Assembly (NCBI GenBank): GCA_047284725.1
Contig: JBJBEO010000001.1
Coordinates: forward strand, 760,202 to 824,201
From: Synechococcus sp.
GTDB taxonomy: Bacteria > Cyanobacteriota > Cyanobacteriia > PCC-6307 > Cyanobiaceae
DNA: 64,000 bases
Direction: 5' to 3'
Of the stretch, positions 20,197 through 29,672 are shown in pieces; within the stretch, counting starts at the first letter, position 1; each line of letters begins with the position of its first letter. Made by a program: the position numbers and the translations under genes. The notes beneath the pieces are model-generated. The model was not told the origin of the DNA, searched no databases, and saw only the letters and a list, made by a program, of their open reading frames with translations.

Positions 20197-20530
20197 GGTC
20201 GAAGCTGCTGGTTAGAGGCGCCCTGGGGCCATTTGCTCTAGGTGTTGGGTCGTTTTCTCCGAGGGCACCTGAAGCGGTGCAAGTGGAGCGTCGATTGGCG
20301 TGGCGTCCCTTTACGTGCCTACCCAAGGACCAACCCAGGTCGTTTTTGAGACTGTTGGAGCAGGGGCCAGAAAGTCAGCGTGCTTCTTGCTTTTGCTCTG
20401 GTGGAGTATCGGCCGTCATTGGCGCCTCCGATTTCGGTGACCACACTCTCCACCCGCTACGCCGAACTGCCTACCCGTTGTCTTGCTCATTGCCTTCAGA
20501 TCGGAATCCACCGACACTGAGACCGGCGTG
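20197..20530 (+). ncRNA. Candidate structured ncRNA A, copy 1 (~335 nt)
   Basis: Homologous to 25695-26032 with compensatory changes in several stems; last 93 nt identical. Confidence 0.65.
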
Positions 20531-20562
20531 GCTAAGGAAGAGGACACCCTGACGGGGAAACT

Positions 20563-20655
20563 TCAACGCCGCCAACCCCGTGGCGTTGCCGTCGTGCTCA
20601 ACCCGCACAGAATCGTCAGCTCTGCAACAGCACCGACAACAGCGGCAGGCTGCTG
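20563..20655 (-). pseudogene. 3' relic of a TerS-like gene
   Basis: Translates QPAAVVGAVAELTILCGLSTTATPRGWRR*. Confidence 0.8.
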
Positions 20656-20858
20656 CTCTGTATCCACTCAAGTAGCAAGGCAAAGCAGCAAGACGTAGCC
20701 CACTTACGAGCCGCAGAAGCTCAGCGTCAGATGGGGTTTTTTCCTGGCTTTACTTGTCAGAGCCCGACAGCGGACCCAGCACCAACGCCTGGGTGAAGAA
20801 AGGGTTGAACACCTGCGCTAGAGATGTTCCACACACCTTCGAAACAGCAGTTCGCCCG

Positions 20859-21056
20859 ATGTGGATGCGACCCCTCTTGTTGGCAATAGCACTGATCGCG
20901 ACAGGTTCTGCAGCTTTGGCTCAGACCTGCAAGTCGTTCAGCAACTGCGAGGAAGCTGTCGAGTCACTCCGATCCGGCAACTCAAGGCTTGATCGCGATA
21001 AAGACGGCGTTCCCTGTGAGTCTCTGTGCGGAAAGAACGGCGAGAACATGCGTTGA
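20859..21056 (+). CDS. Secreted Excalibur calcium-binding domain protein
   Basis: Signal peptide; CKSFSNC...LDRDKDGVPCESL. Confidence 0.8.
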   Translation: MWMRPLLLAIALIATGSAALAQTCKSFSNCEEAVESLRSGNSRLDRDKDGVPCESLCGKNGENMR

Positions 21057-21667
21057 GACGGGCTTGCTGTTTGCTGCTCTGGAGTTTCGCTGCAGTACCG
21101 GTCCATGCGGCGACTGTGGTCTCTGTCGGTGATGGGGACACCATCAGAGTTCGTGAGGGTGGCAGGGCCATCACGATTCGTTTGGCCTGCATCGACGCTC
21201 CAGAGACGTCTCAGAGTCCTTACGGCATGCGTTCTCGCTTGGCACTGAGTCGGCTGCTCCCCATCGGTTCTGAGGTGTCCTTGCGTGCACAAACAGTGGA
21301 TCGCTACGGCAGAACTGTGGCTGAGCTTCTGAACTCCCGTGGAAATATCAACCAGCGGATGGTGGGCAGTGGCCAGGCATTCGTGTATCGCAAGTACCTG
21401 GAGAAGTGCGACGCAAGGCAGTACCTCTCCCTGGAACGCCAGGCTCGAAACACGGGCGTTGGCGTGTGGTCAATCGGCCCCTCAGGCATCACCCGCCCAT
21501 GGGACCACAGGCGGTCTCGCCGGGGTGGCAAGCAGAGGACTGGTTCGTCTCGCCGATGGCGTTGTGCAGACATCGGCTCATGGCAGCAAGCACAGCGACT
21601 TCTGATCCAAGGCCATGCATACCTCGATGGTGACGGCGATGGTGAAGCGTGCGAATCGCTCCGGTGA
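21026..21667 (+). CDS. Thermonuclease with C-terminal Excalibur domain (start probably ~21053)
   Basis: DGDT, IRLACIDAPE, DRYGRTVA; C-terminal LDGDGDGEACESL. Confidence 0.88.
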   Translation: MRKERREHALRRACCLLLWSFAAVPVHAATVVSVGDGDTIRVREGGRAITIRLACIDAPETSQSPYGMRSRLALSRLLPIGSEVSLRAQTVDRYGRTVAELLNSRGNINQRMVGSGQAFVYRKYLEKCDARQYLSLERQARNTGVGVWSIGPSGITRPWDHRRSRRGGKQRTGSSRRWRCADIGSWQQAQRLLIQGHAYLDGDGDGEACESLR

Positions 21668-21815
21668 GTTGCTCTGCCATGTAGAAGGGCGGGAGTTACC
21701 CGCCCTGGCGCCAAACCCCGTCTTAAGGAAGCGGTTCTGTAGGCGTCTGTATTCGTTCTAAATGTCCGCTAAGTGCATTGCAACTGGTAGATCTACCTGT
21801 TTGCATCTCGTGATG

Positions 21816-21893
21816 ATGCAATAGAAAACCGAGCTGCCTGATCAACACCCTTTGAAGCAGGGAGAAGGGCGGCTGCTGAACGAACGACAGTAG
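21816..21893 (+). pseudogene. N-terminal relic of a DUF1651-like gene
   Basis: MQ*KTELPDQHPLKQGEGRLLNERQ* versus MERKSQHPEPHPQKNGEGWLLNEQEQ. Confidence 0.6.
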
Positions 21894-21993
21894 TGATACT
21901 GAAGATCATATGAGAATAGGGAAGCCTGGTGACTTGTGCTGATGCATGGGCCAAAGGCACCGGTAACAATAAAGTTAGCCGCTAAAAAGAGAG

Positions 21994-22233
21994 ATGCCAA
22001 TGTTTCTTGATGTTCACCCGATGAAGCCTTTCACAGCAGATCAACTCAACTCTCTTCAGAATGCGCCTGCAGACGAGTTTGGTGTTACTCATCACGATAT
22101 CCTGTACAGCGAAGAAGATGATCGCATTTACTGCATCCTGAATGCTCCCAGCGCTAAGGCAGTTCACCAGCACCATCAAAAGGCCGGAATTACCTGTGAC
22201 TGGGTGCAAGAAGTAAGCTCAACTCGCCTATGA
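21994..22233 (+). CDS. DUF4242 / SCO4226-like nickel-binding protein
   Basis: MPMFLDVH...IYCILNAPSAKAVHQHH pattern. Confidence 0.75.
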   Translation: MPMFLDVHPMKPFTADQLNSLQNAPADEFGVTHHDILYSEEDDRIYCILNAPSAKAVHQHHQKAGITCDWVQEVSSTRL

Positions 22234-22373
22234 CTCGGTCAGAACAACTAATAGATATATCAGCCATTTACTGTCTTATTATTTCTGTACTTTTTGCTCT
22301 GCTGATTTCTGATGCTGTCGCTTATCGGGCTAGGATGCTCAGTTAACTTCCTTTGCCCGAATTTGATCTACAA

Positions 22374-22400
22374 CGCCCCCGTAAGACAGGGGGCTTTTTT
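22374..22400 (+). terminator. Intrinsic terminator
   Basis: GCCCCC...GGGGGC stem followed by a T run. Confidence 0.65.
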
Positions 22401-22446
22401 GCGCATCTGGAGAATCTCGGTCAACCAGGACCTGACCCTCAGCACG

Positions 22447-22650
22447 ATCAATGTCCCCGCCTAGGGGTATCGATCCCTTATGGATCGGGAGTTGAGTCCT
22501 TTTGTGGGGCTCTTGGCGAGAGAACGAGAGCCCCATGGAGCACTTGCCCTCTTCCTTCCGGGGGCTGGTGCTCTCATGCGAGCAAACGTCCTCGTTAGGG
22601 GGTATCTGCAATGGAGATCGCTGTCCCAAGTTGGACGCAAGGCAAGGGAG
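22447..22650 (+). ncRNA. Candidate structured cis-regulatory RNA B, full copy
   Basis: Hairpin, H-type pseudoknot and further stems that covary across three copies; ends at the SD of 22657. Confidence 0.65.
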
Positions 22651-22656
22651 GTGTAA

Positions 22657-22887
22657 ATGACCCTGATCTCTAAAGGAAAAACAGACGACAGTTGCATCGG
22701 CAGGACGTGCCTGAAATGGTCTCCAGATGGGTCTCTATCAGATTTCGACAAGGACTTACTAGTGAGGCGACTTTGCGCATCTGATCCAGAGTTTTCTAAA
22801 TCAGATGCATGCCGAATCCATCAATTTGATGATCTTTCTCAGGCTCTCAACACGGCTCCCTCAATACAGATCAATGTCCCCACTTAG
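22657..22887 (+). CDS. Small hypothetical protein
   Basis: GGAGG SD; CIGRTCLKWSPDG motif. Confidence 0.7.
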   Translation: MTLISKGKTDDSCIGRTCLKWSPDGSLSDFDKDLLVRRLCASDPEFSKSDACRIHQFDDLSQALNTAPSIQINVPT

Positions 22888-23001
22888 GGGTATCGATCCC
22901 TCATGAGTCGGGAGTTGAATTCACCTGTGGGGGCTTGACGGCATAGAGGGGTCCCACAGAGCACCGGCCTCTTCGCCTAAGGGGGCTGGTGCTCTCCTGC
23001 G
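22870..23001 (+). ncRNA. RNA B copy 2 (3'-truncated)
   Basis: ATCAATGTCCCC..TAGGGGTATCGATCCC...GAGCACC...GGTGCTC, homologous to copy 1. Confidence 0.6.
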
Positions 23002-23074
23002 CAGAAATCAACCAATCCCCTTCAACGCTGATCGCAGCAACAACAGATCACCCGCAGCGATCTCAACCGGTGCA

Positions 23075-23398
23075 TCAGGTGCCGTCCACGGTGAGATCCC
23101 ACCCATCGTGACCTTGGCCCTGCCGATCGCGGTTGTAGTAACCCTCAATCCAGAATGCCAGATCGCTCTGCAGCTGTTTGGGATCGAGCAACTCCTTGCG
23201 GCTGTCGTCCAGGGCGAATTCGATCTTGAGAGTGGAGAAGAAGCTCTCCACCACTGCGTTATTCCAGCAGCAGCCCTTGGCTGACATGCTGCAGCTGATC
23301 TTGTGCTTTTCCAGCAGCTCTCTGTAGTCGGTTGTTCTGTACTGGCTTCCTTGATCGGTATGGATGAGCAGTTGGTCAGGTGTGACCTGGCTGGCCAA
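23075..23398 (-). pseudogene. IS3-family transposase fragment (integrase core)
   Basis: IHTDQGSQY, SMSAKGCCWNNAVVESFFSTLK and YYNRDR; N-terminus absent. Confidence 0.88.
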
Positions 23399-23515
23399 GG
23401 GCTCGGTTGAGGGCCTCGATCACAGGCTGGAGCCGCCGCCATCTCAAGCAGTGAGCGGGTTTTCAAGCGCGGCCGCTCTTCCTAAGGTTCGGGAGAGCGG
23501 CCTGTCTATTGCCTG

Positions 23516-24418
23516 GTGTCTCTGCGAGCTCGTTTCATTCCCATCCTGATCGGAGTGGCTGCCCTATGCGGCAGTTCGGCTGTCGCCCAGGTCCTGAAGA
23601 TGGACTACCAAAACAACCGCATGAGCGGTTCGTTGCGCAGCGGCGCCGTGGAGGTCAACGTGGAACAGCAGCGGCGGATCAACGAGTCCGGATCGAATGT
23701 GCTCCAGCCGGTGGCTGTCGTTCGTGTGAATGGCAACGAGGTCGGTCGGCTCGTTGGCGCCGAGAAATGGGGTGGCAGTCCAGCTGCGGTGGTTCAGATC
23801 GCAGAAATGGATCCGGAGAACCCTTACCCCGAAGTTCTGCTCTCTTCCTTCACCGGAGGTGCGCACTGCTGCAATCAGATCCAGGTGCTCACCAGCGATC
23901 GCAGCGGGCTGACCTGGCAAGAGGTGACACTCGGGCCTTTCGACGGGGGTGAGTCACCAGCAGAGGACCCGTTGCGGAATGGCCGCTTCCTGATCGTCGA
24001 TGTCGACAACCGGTTCCTCTATCGCTTTGCCTGCTATGCCTGCAGCACCGCACCTGCCCGCATCTGGCAGCTGCAGGGCAATGCATTCGTGGATGTGTCC
24101 CATCGGCTTGAGTTCACACCACTTCATCGCCGCAACCTGCAGCGCATGGCCGACTGGTTCCAACAGAAGAACCCTGGGTCGCCGAATGGATTTCTGGCCG
24201 GTTACGTCGCCAACAAGGCGCTGGTGGGCGAGCTGTATGACGGCTGGGATCGCATGACCCAGCGCTACGACTCCTCAGACTGGGGGTTGAAGGAGTGCAA
24301 GGGCGACCTGGATAACAACGGCAAGTGCCGCTGGGAAATCGTCTACAGCTCTTTCCCGGAAGCCTTGCGGGCCTTTCTGATCGACACTGGTTACATCAAG
24401 CCAACCGGTGAGCAGTAG
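23516..24418 (+). CDS. Secreted hypothetical protein
   Basis: Signal peptide; FTGGAHCC motif. Confidence 0.75.
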   Translation: MSLRARFIPILIGVAALCGSSAVAQVLKMDYQNNRMSGSLRSGAVEVNVEQQRRINESGSNVLQPVAVVRVNGNEVGRLVGAEKWGGSPAAVVQIAEMDPENPYPEVLLSSFTGGAHCCNQIQVLTSDRSGLTWQEVTLGPFDGGESPAEDPLRNGRFLIVDVDNRFLYRFACYACSTAPARIWQLQGNAFVDVSHRLEFTPLHRRNLQRMADWFQQKNPGSPNGFLAGYVANKALVGELYDGWDRMTQRYDSSDWGLKECKGDLDNNGKCRWEIVYSSFPEALRAFLIDTGYIKPTGEQ

Positions 24419-24793
24419 CCCTGCACAGCAACAGTCCTACGAGGACGAAGCCAGCCCTTTGATGCAAGCCGAGTGACAGTCGCAACCCCATTACGACCGT
24501 TACTTGCGTCAAGCCGGTGAGGGCTCACTGACCTGTTGATCCACAACCGCGCGCCGTCTGCACCATGTGAACTCGGACGTATCAGCTCCCCCACCAGGGG
24601 ACTTTTTTTGGGGTTTTTCGATGAAGTGGATGCTGCTTCTGGTGCTGGTGGTGATTGGCGTCGGGACCCTGATGGGGACGACGGCGCCGCCGATGCTGTG
24701 AGCTGACCTAAGCGGGCTTATGGCAGCCATCGCCACATCGGTTACGCCGCTTTTGCCGCGATGCTGTGAAATGTGCCGTTTGAAAGGCAGAGA

Positions 24794-24985
24794 ATGACCA
24801 ACAGCACTCCAAACCTCGTTGCCTGGCTGGTTGAATACAGAAAGTATTTAATCCTCGTCGCCGATGGTGCCAACGATGAGGCTGCACTTCTAAAGCAAGA
24901 AATTGAGGAGGGTCTCAATTGGGTTGAACTGACTTGGGCTGACCTTGAATTTGCAAATGATTCTGATCAGTCTCTGCGCCATTGA
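24794..24985 (+). CDS. Small acidic hypothetical protein
   Basis: Plausible helical 63-aa ORF with upstream AAGG. Confidence 0.55.
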   Translation: MTNSTPNLVAWLVEYRKYLILVADGANDEAALLKQEIEEGLNWVELTWADLEFANDSDQSLRH

Positions 24986-25694
24986 TCATCCCGTCCGTGT
25001 GTTGGCACGCCTGTGGCGTTGAATCTGGTGAAGTACGGGAATCCGATCGGCGGCTCAAAGCAATACGTCCGTAGACCGTTCAAAGATTTTGCTCAGTTAT
25101 GACAATCGATCTGTCAGGCGGCGCCCCCATCGGCTCGTTCATCTTTGAAGGCAAGCACGCACCTTTCCGTGCTCTCGCCTGTCCATTGCACGCCATAACA
25201 ACGGGCTCAGAGGAATCTCCTTTAGATTCAGCTCAAAGCCGCCGCGCCCGCCGCGCTTGAAGATTCTCTAGTTGACGTAACTCCTATTTCGTCAAGTGAG
25301 GGCTCACTGGCATTCGATGCACGCACGATTCTTGTGTCTACGTTGCGAGGGTCGTCCTCTTCAGGGACATGGGATTCGACGGAGTAGACAAGACAGACCG
25401 GTTCATCATTGCCGCCAAGCGACGTGCCGAAGCTGCATTGCATGAAACGTCTCCAAAGCTGACGGCACTTGAGAAAGCGATGTGGCTCAAGTTGAAGCGA
25501 GGTGAACGCCCCTGCAAAAACAGCAAGGCTTCCTAGGTAACTGCTCACCTGCACTTCAACAAAGTAGGAGGCCGCCCCTCCCTAGTGGAAAGACGGCCTA
25601 CCTCGCTCGTTTGTGCATAGCAATCGACCTAATCAGTGATGCTGTATCCGTGAAGCGTGGTTGCTTACCGAAGAACAGTGAACTGAAAGAAGAA

Positions 25695-26032
25695 GGTCGA
25701 AGCGACTTGGCTATGGCATCCCTGGGGCCATGACGTCCAAGTGTGTGGCGTTGTATCCCCGGGTCACCTTTCGCGCGGTGATGTGGGGTGTCGATTGACG
25801 TGGCGTACAGCTAAGTGCCTGCCAAAAGACCGTGCCTCACGGGTGGGTGGAAACTGTTGGAGCAGGGGCCAGAAAGTCAGTCTGCTTCTGCAATCTGGTT
25901 GGGTGGAGTGTCGACTGTCATCAGCGCCTCCGATCTCGATGACCACACTCTCCACCCGCTACGCCGAACTGCCTACCCGTTGTCTTGCTCATTGCCTTCA
26001 GATCGGAATCCACCGACACTGAGACCGGCGTG
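25695..26032 (+). ncRNA. Candidate structured ncRNA A, copy 2
   Basis: See 20197-20530; preceded by the homologous minus-strand hairpin beginning at 25569. Confidence 0.65.
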
Positions 26033-26271
26033 CCGAGGGTCAGCTGGAACGCAGCCGTGACAACTCACGTGACGCCCTGATCACCTGGTGTCTGTCATCT
26101 GAGAATTCGATCACGGCCTCCAAGTCAGCCATTTGCTGAGCATTTCCATATCTCGCAACTCACCAGCAGCATTAGATTCTTCCGATATCTCAGCAACTAG
26201 TATTTTCACTAGCTTCTTTCGATCAGTGCTAGGCACCGTAGATTTGTCCAAAGCCGTCTCTAGCTGAATCC

Positions 26272-26466
26272 GTGGAGCTATTCTTCGCTCTTGGTATCCC
26301 TGCCATTTTATTGATCGGGAGCGCGTTTCTCTTGGCTAATGGGAATGGTCAGTTACGGACAAAGCTTCTGCGTTTTGCAACCAGTGGACCACTATCTCAG
26401 GCATGGAATTTTGGCATCATCTTCATGGTCGTTGTCTCGATCATTGTTTACGTAGCTAGACGATGA
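26272..26466 (+). CDS. Small two-TM membrane protein
   Basis: Two hydrophobic segments. Confidence 0.5.
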   Translation: MELFFALGIPAILLIGSAFLLANGNGQLRTKLLRFATSGPLSQAWNFGIIFMVVVSIIVYVARR

Positions 26467-26536
26467 TGCTGCTGAATTAGGTCTTGACGTTTTGCACTCT
26501 GTTCGGCATAAATGGCATAACGATATCGGCTGTTCA

Positions 26537-26905
26537 ATGCTTACTGGTACTGAACTCTTGGCTAAGGTCAAAGACCTTGGTGACGTCTCCAAATCCGACT
26601 TGGCTACTGCCTGTGGCTACGTGTCGGACAAAAAGGATGGTGGCCAGAGGGTCAACTTCACAGCCTTTTATGAGGCCCTCCTGAACGCCAAAGGAATTGA
26701 CCTTGGATCTGGTGGTGGTGCCGGTCTTGGCAAAGGCGGAAGAAAGCTGTCCTACACAGCCAAGGTGCAGGGAAACGGGAATCTGCTGATCGGCAAGGCG
26801 TATACCGCAATGCTGGATCTGACTCCCGGTGACGAATTCGATATCAAACTCGGCAAGAAGGCAATCCGTCTGATCCCTGTTGGGGGTACTGAAGAGGAGG
26901 AGTGA
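26537..26905 (+). CDS. AbrB-like transcriptional regulator (cyanobacterial type)
   Basis: MLTGTELLAKVK...ACGY...NFTAFYEALL...VQGNGNLLIGKAYT. Confidence 0.9.
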   Translation: MLTGTELLAKVKDLGDVSKSDLATACGYVSDKKDGGQRVNFTAFYEALLNAKGIDLGSGGGAGLGKGGRKLSYTAKVQGNGNLLIGKAYTAMLDLTPGDEFDIKLGKKAIRLIPVGGTEEEE

Positions 26906-27044
26906 CTTCCAAAGTCACCTTTCATCCCTGTTGGTGGCGCTGACTGAGACTCAGGAGGCCAACCGAACCTTTCCTGACGGTTCTCCTACTCCTCAATTCG
27001 ATTCGTCTGATCGAAGGTGGATGAGTCGAGTCATGAGGGCACAT

Positions 27045-27082
27045 GACCTCTGAGGAGTGGGAACTCTCAGGGGTCTTTTTTT
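27045..27082 (+). terminator. Intrinsic terminator with a competing upstream pairing
   Basis: GACCTCTGAG...CTCAGGGGTC followed by a T run. Confidence 0.65.
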
Positions 27083-27709
27083 GCATCCCTGTTAGTGGCG
27101 CTGAAGAGGAGGAGTGAGTTAGACCTTTACCGGAGGAACACATCCGTATGAGAGGTGCTTTGTCGGCACCTCTTTTTTTCGGGTCTCCTATTGTCCCTTT
27201 TCGAGTTTTGTCTCACTGATAAGACTAACCTGTCCTTCCTTTTCGACCGCCACGTTTTTCAAGCTTCCTCCTTAGTCTGCGCCCAGAATGGGCTTTTCAA
27301 TGATCAATGTTGGTTATGCCACTCTGAAATGGTGGAAGGAACGCATTGATCAATTAACCAGTCAAGGGCTTCGAGAAGAGGCATTTGCCCTTTATTTGGA
27401 ATTCACGTCAGACGGTTGCGAGCTTTAGAACTCCTTCCTGAGACGAGGGTGTTTTGCCCCAGGCTCTCGATGCATGAAAAATTTGAGAGAGGGGTAAATG
27501 GCGTCTCAACATCTCCTGTTTCTGGAGCGGGTCAAGTCCCAAGCTTTTTAATACTCCAAGAGGGTAGGGCGCCATCGATGCATTGAAGAGAGCACCCTCT
27601 GACCGCCAATCAGAGGGCTTTTCAATGGCCGCGCAGAATCAGAACAACGCCCAAGCTGCCATTTTTTGCACGTCCACCTGCAGGCGGAGGCGTTCTTACT
27701 CGGCAATCC

Positions 27710-28057
27710 TCACCGCCGCCAACCCCGTGGCGTTGATGTCGTGCTCAAGCCACACAAATTCGACAGTTCCCTGACGGCGCCAACGACAGCAGCAGGTTGC
27801 CCACGTCTTGCGGCATCACCCGCTGTCTCCTGCAACGTATGAACAGCCCAAGCCACCAGGTCCTTGCGATCAAGCGGCTGAACGTCAGCACGGATTTGTT
27901 CCCATGCACGGGCTAGGAGCCTGTGACACTGCCGCTGACTCAATCCCCATTCGTCTGCCGCAAACCTGACGGCGGTGCTGTTGCTGCTGCCGCTAAGGAT
28001 CATTGCCTTGAGAGTTGCGACCCTGTCAGCGATCTGTTTGTTGGTGGATCGGGGCAT
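27710..28057 (-). CDS. Small-terminase-like helical protein
   Basis: HTH-like N-terminus (EWGLSQRQCHRLL) and helical C-terminus; similar to 31754-32074; function inferred from context. Confidence 0.5.
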   Translation of the reverse strand: MPRSTNKQIADRVATLKAMILSGSSNSTAVRFAADEWGLSQRQCHRLLARAWEQIRADVQPLDRKDLVAWAVHTLQETAGDAARRGQPAAVVGAVRELSNLCGLSTTSTPRGWRR

Positions 28058-28361
28058 CGCACTCGGTTAGTTGAACTTGAACGGTCAGCTCGCGCAGTGT
28101 TGTCCTCATCGCAGCGGCAAACAGGATGATCAGATCAGGTAGCAGCTCAGGGAAGGTGCCTTGCTGTTTGGCTGATTCAGCAGTGTCGGCACACCCTTAA
28201 CCAGTCTGGTGAGTGCCGCGGCCAACCAGTGCGTGAGCTGAAGCAGTGCCAGTTTCTACCGACTGGCAAAACACGAAAACCCTCTGTTTCTCAATCACTA
28301 GTGAGGGCGGACTGCACAAATGCCCCTTTCCCTGACCCAAGGGTGACAAGCCACCACAAAC

Positions 28362-28676
28362 TTATTGGCATTGATCGCTTACATGATCAGCGGCTTCTTT
28401 GTCGCCAAGATAAGATGCTTTTCTCCAGTCTGAACAGGCGCCATTTAGATCTCCGTCCATTTCCTTTGCGATTCCGCGATTGTAGTAAGCATCACCATCC
28501 CGCGGATCAATCTTTATGGCCTTATCACAATCAGCAATTGCCCCCTGATAATCAGTTAATAAATACCTAACAGCACAACCAAGGACATATTTGTCAGCCG
28601 TAGAATAACCACAACCGGTCGATCCAATCGCTAGCACAGGCAGCAAAAAAGCAATAGCAGTATTCCTGTAAGGCAT
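28362..28676 (-). CDS. Short TPR protein
   Basis: DYQGAIADCDKAIKIDP...AYYNRGIAK...GACSDWRKA. Confidence 0.75.
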   Translation of the reverse strand: MPYRNTAIAFLLPVLAIGSTGCGYSTADKYVLGCAVRYLLTDYQGAIADCDKAIKIDPRDGDAYYNRGIAKEMDGDLNGACSDWRKASYLGDKEAADHVSDQCQ

Positions 28677-28856
28677 TTAAGGGGGTGTTCACCTCCATCA
28701 AGATAGGAGGGCGGCACTTCGTCCCTAAGTCGCGGCTTTGCCGCGGCCAACTAGCGGATGAGTTGAGTGGTCTGAATCGCACCACCCGTGAGACGATGGA
28801 TGTATCAACAGGGCATCGTCTCTCGCGCCGGTTGATCACCACAGCATTCACAACCA

Positions 28857-28997
28857 ATGACCAGCGCCGATCGAGTGGTGGTCCTCTACGAGCTCTACAC
28901 GAAGCTCGATGAGTTGATCACCGCTGAGGAGATGGAGGCGTATCCATTCCTCGAACACCTGGCCGACTTAAATGAAGACCTGGAGGGCGACGCCTGA
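28857..28997 (+). CDS. Small acidic hypothetical protein (46 aa), not in the ORF track
   Basis: MTSADRVVVLYELYTKLDELITAEEMEAYPFLEHLADLNEDLEGDA*. Confidence 0.4.
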   Translation: MTSADRVVVLYELYTKLDELITAEEMEAYPFLEHLADLNEDLEGDA

Positions 28998-29161
28998 TCT
29001 CTCACCCCTGTGCACTGTCCTGGCTGGCGATCCTGATCACACTTCCAGTGATCGTGCTCGCCTGGGCCTGCGAATCGAAATCACAACAGATCCGTTGATG
29101 GCGCTTATGTGGTCAGACCTGGGCTACCGTCGCCGCTCCTTGTTTTGGAAATATTTATGCT

Positions 29162-29572
29162 TTATTGATTGTTAGGGCATGGAAAACGTCTTCTGTTTAT
29201 AGGCACAAGTTTCCTCTCCATGTCACTCAGCAATTCATCGGAATAGTTTAGCTTGCAAGACAAGCAGCCCCTTTCGGACGCTAATTGTTTTGCTCTCTGG
29301 AACAAGAGAACATCATTTTTGTATGCGGATGGATCTTCTTTTGCCCATTCCTTATTTTGCTCTACATGGGTGATTGCTATGGCAAGTACATCTATTCCAC
29401 CGTATTCATAGTTTTTGCAATAAATGTCTGCATATGTTTCTGATCCGCTTCTTACGTATTCCTCGTCGATTAAGTTGGCGCTTGCTTCAGTGTGCAGGCT
29501 TGATGAAGTGAATATTGAAATTAGCGAAAAAATAAGAAGCGGTCTTTTCACGAGGGCGACTCGACTATGCAA
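29162..29572 (-). CDS. Secreted hypothetical protein
   Basis: Signal-peptide-like N-terminus. Confidence 0.55.
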   Translation of the reverse strand: MHSRVALVKRPLLIFSLISIFTSSSLHTEASANLIDEEYVRSGSETYADIYCKNYEYGGIDVLAIAITHVEQNKEWAKEDPSAYKNDVLLFQRAKQLASERGCLSCKLNYSDELLSDMERKLVPINRRRFPCPNNQ

Positions 29573-29672
29573 ATTTTACAAATGGATGCAGGTCATTGTT
29601 GGTCTCCGACCTAAAACCTAGTCAAGTGTGGTTTTTGGTTTGGTTGAGCATGGAACAGCAAACCTCAACACG

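Noticed and set aside
23075..23398. Active IS3 element
   Set aside because: Only part of the catalytic core is present; no OrfA or terminal inverted repeats seen
24434..24450. Hammerhead ribozyme (GTCC-TACGA-GGAC-GAAG resembles stem II + GAAA)
   Set aside because: No CUGANGA upstream, and GAAG instead of GAAA
20277..26060. ORFs 20277-20552 and 25815-26060 as a protein family
   Set aside because: Starts, stops and 5' frame are not conserved between copies; the substitutions fit RNA structure instead
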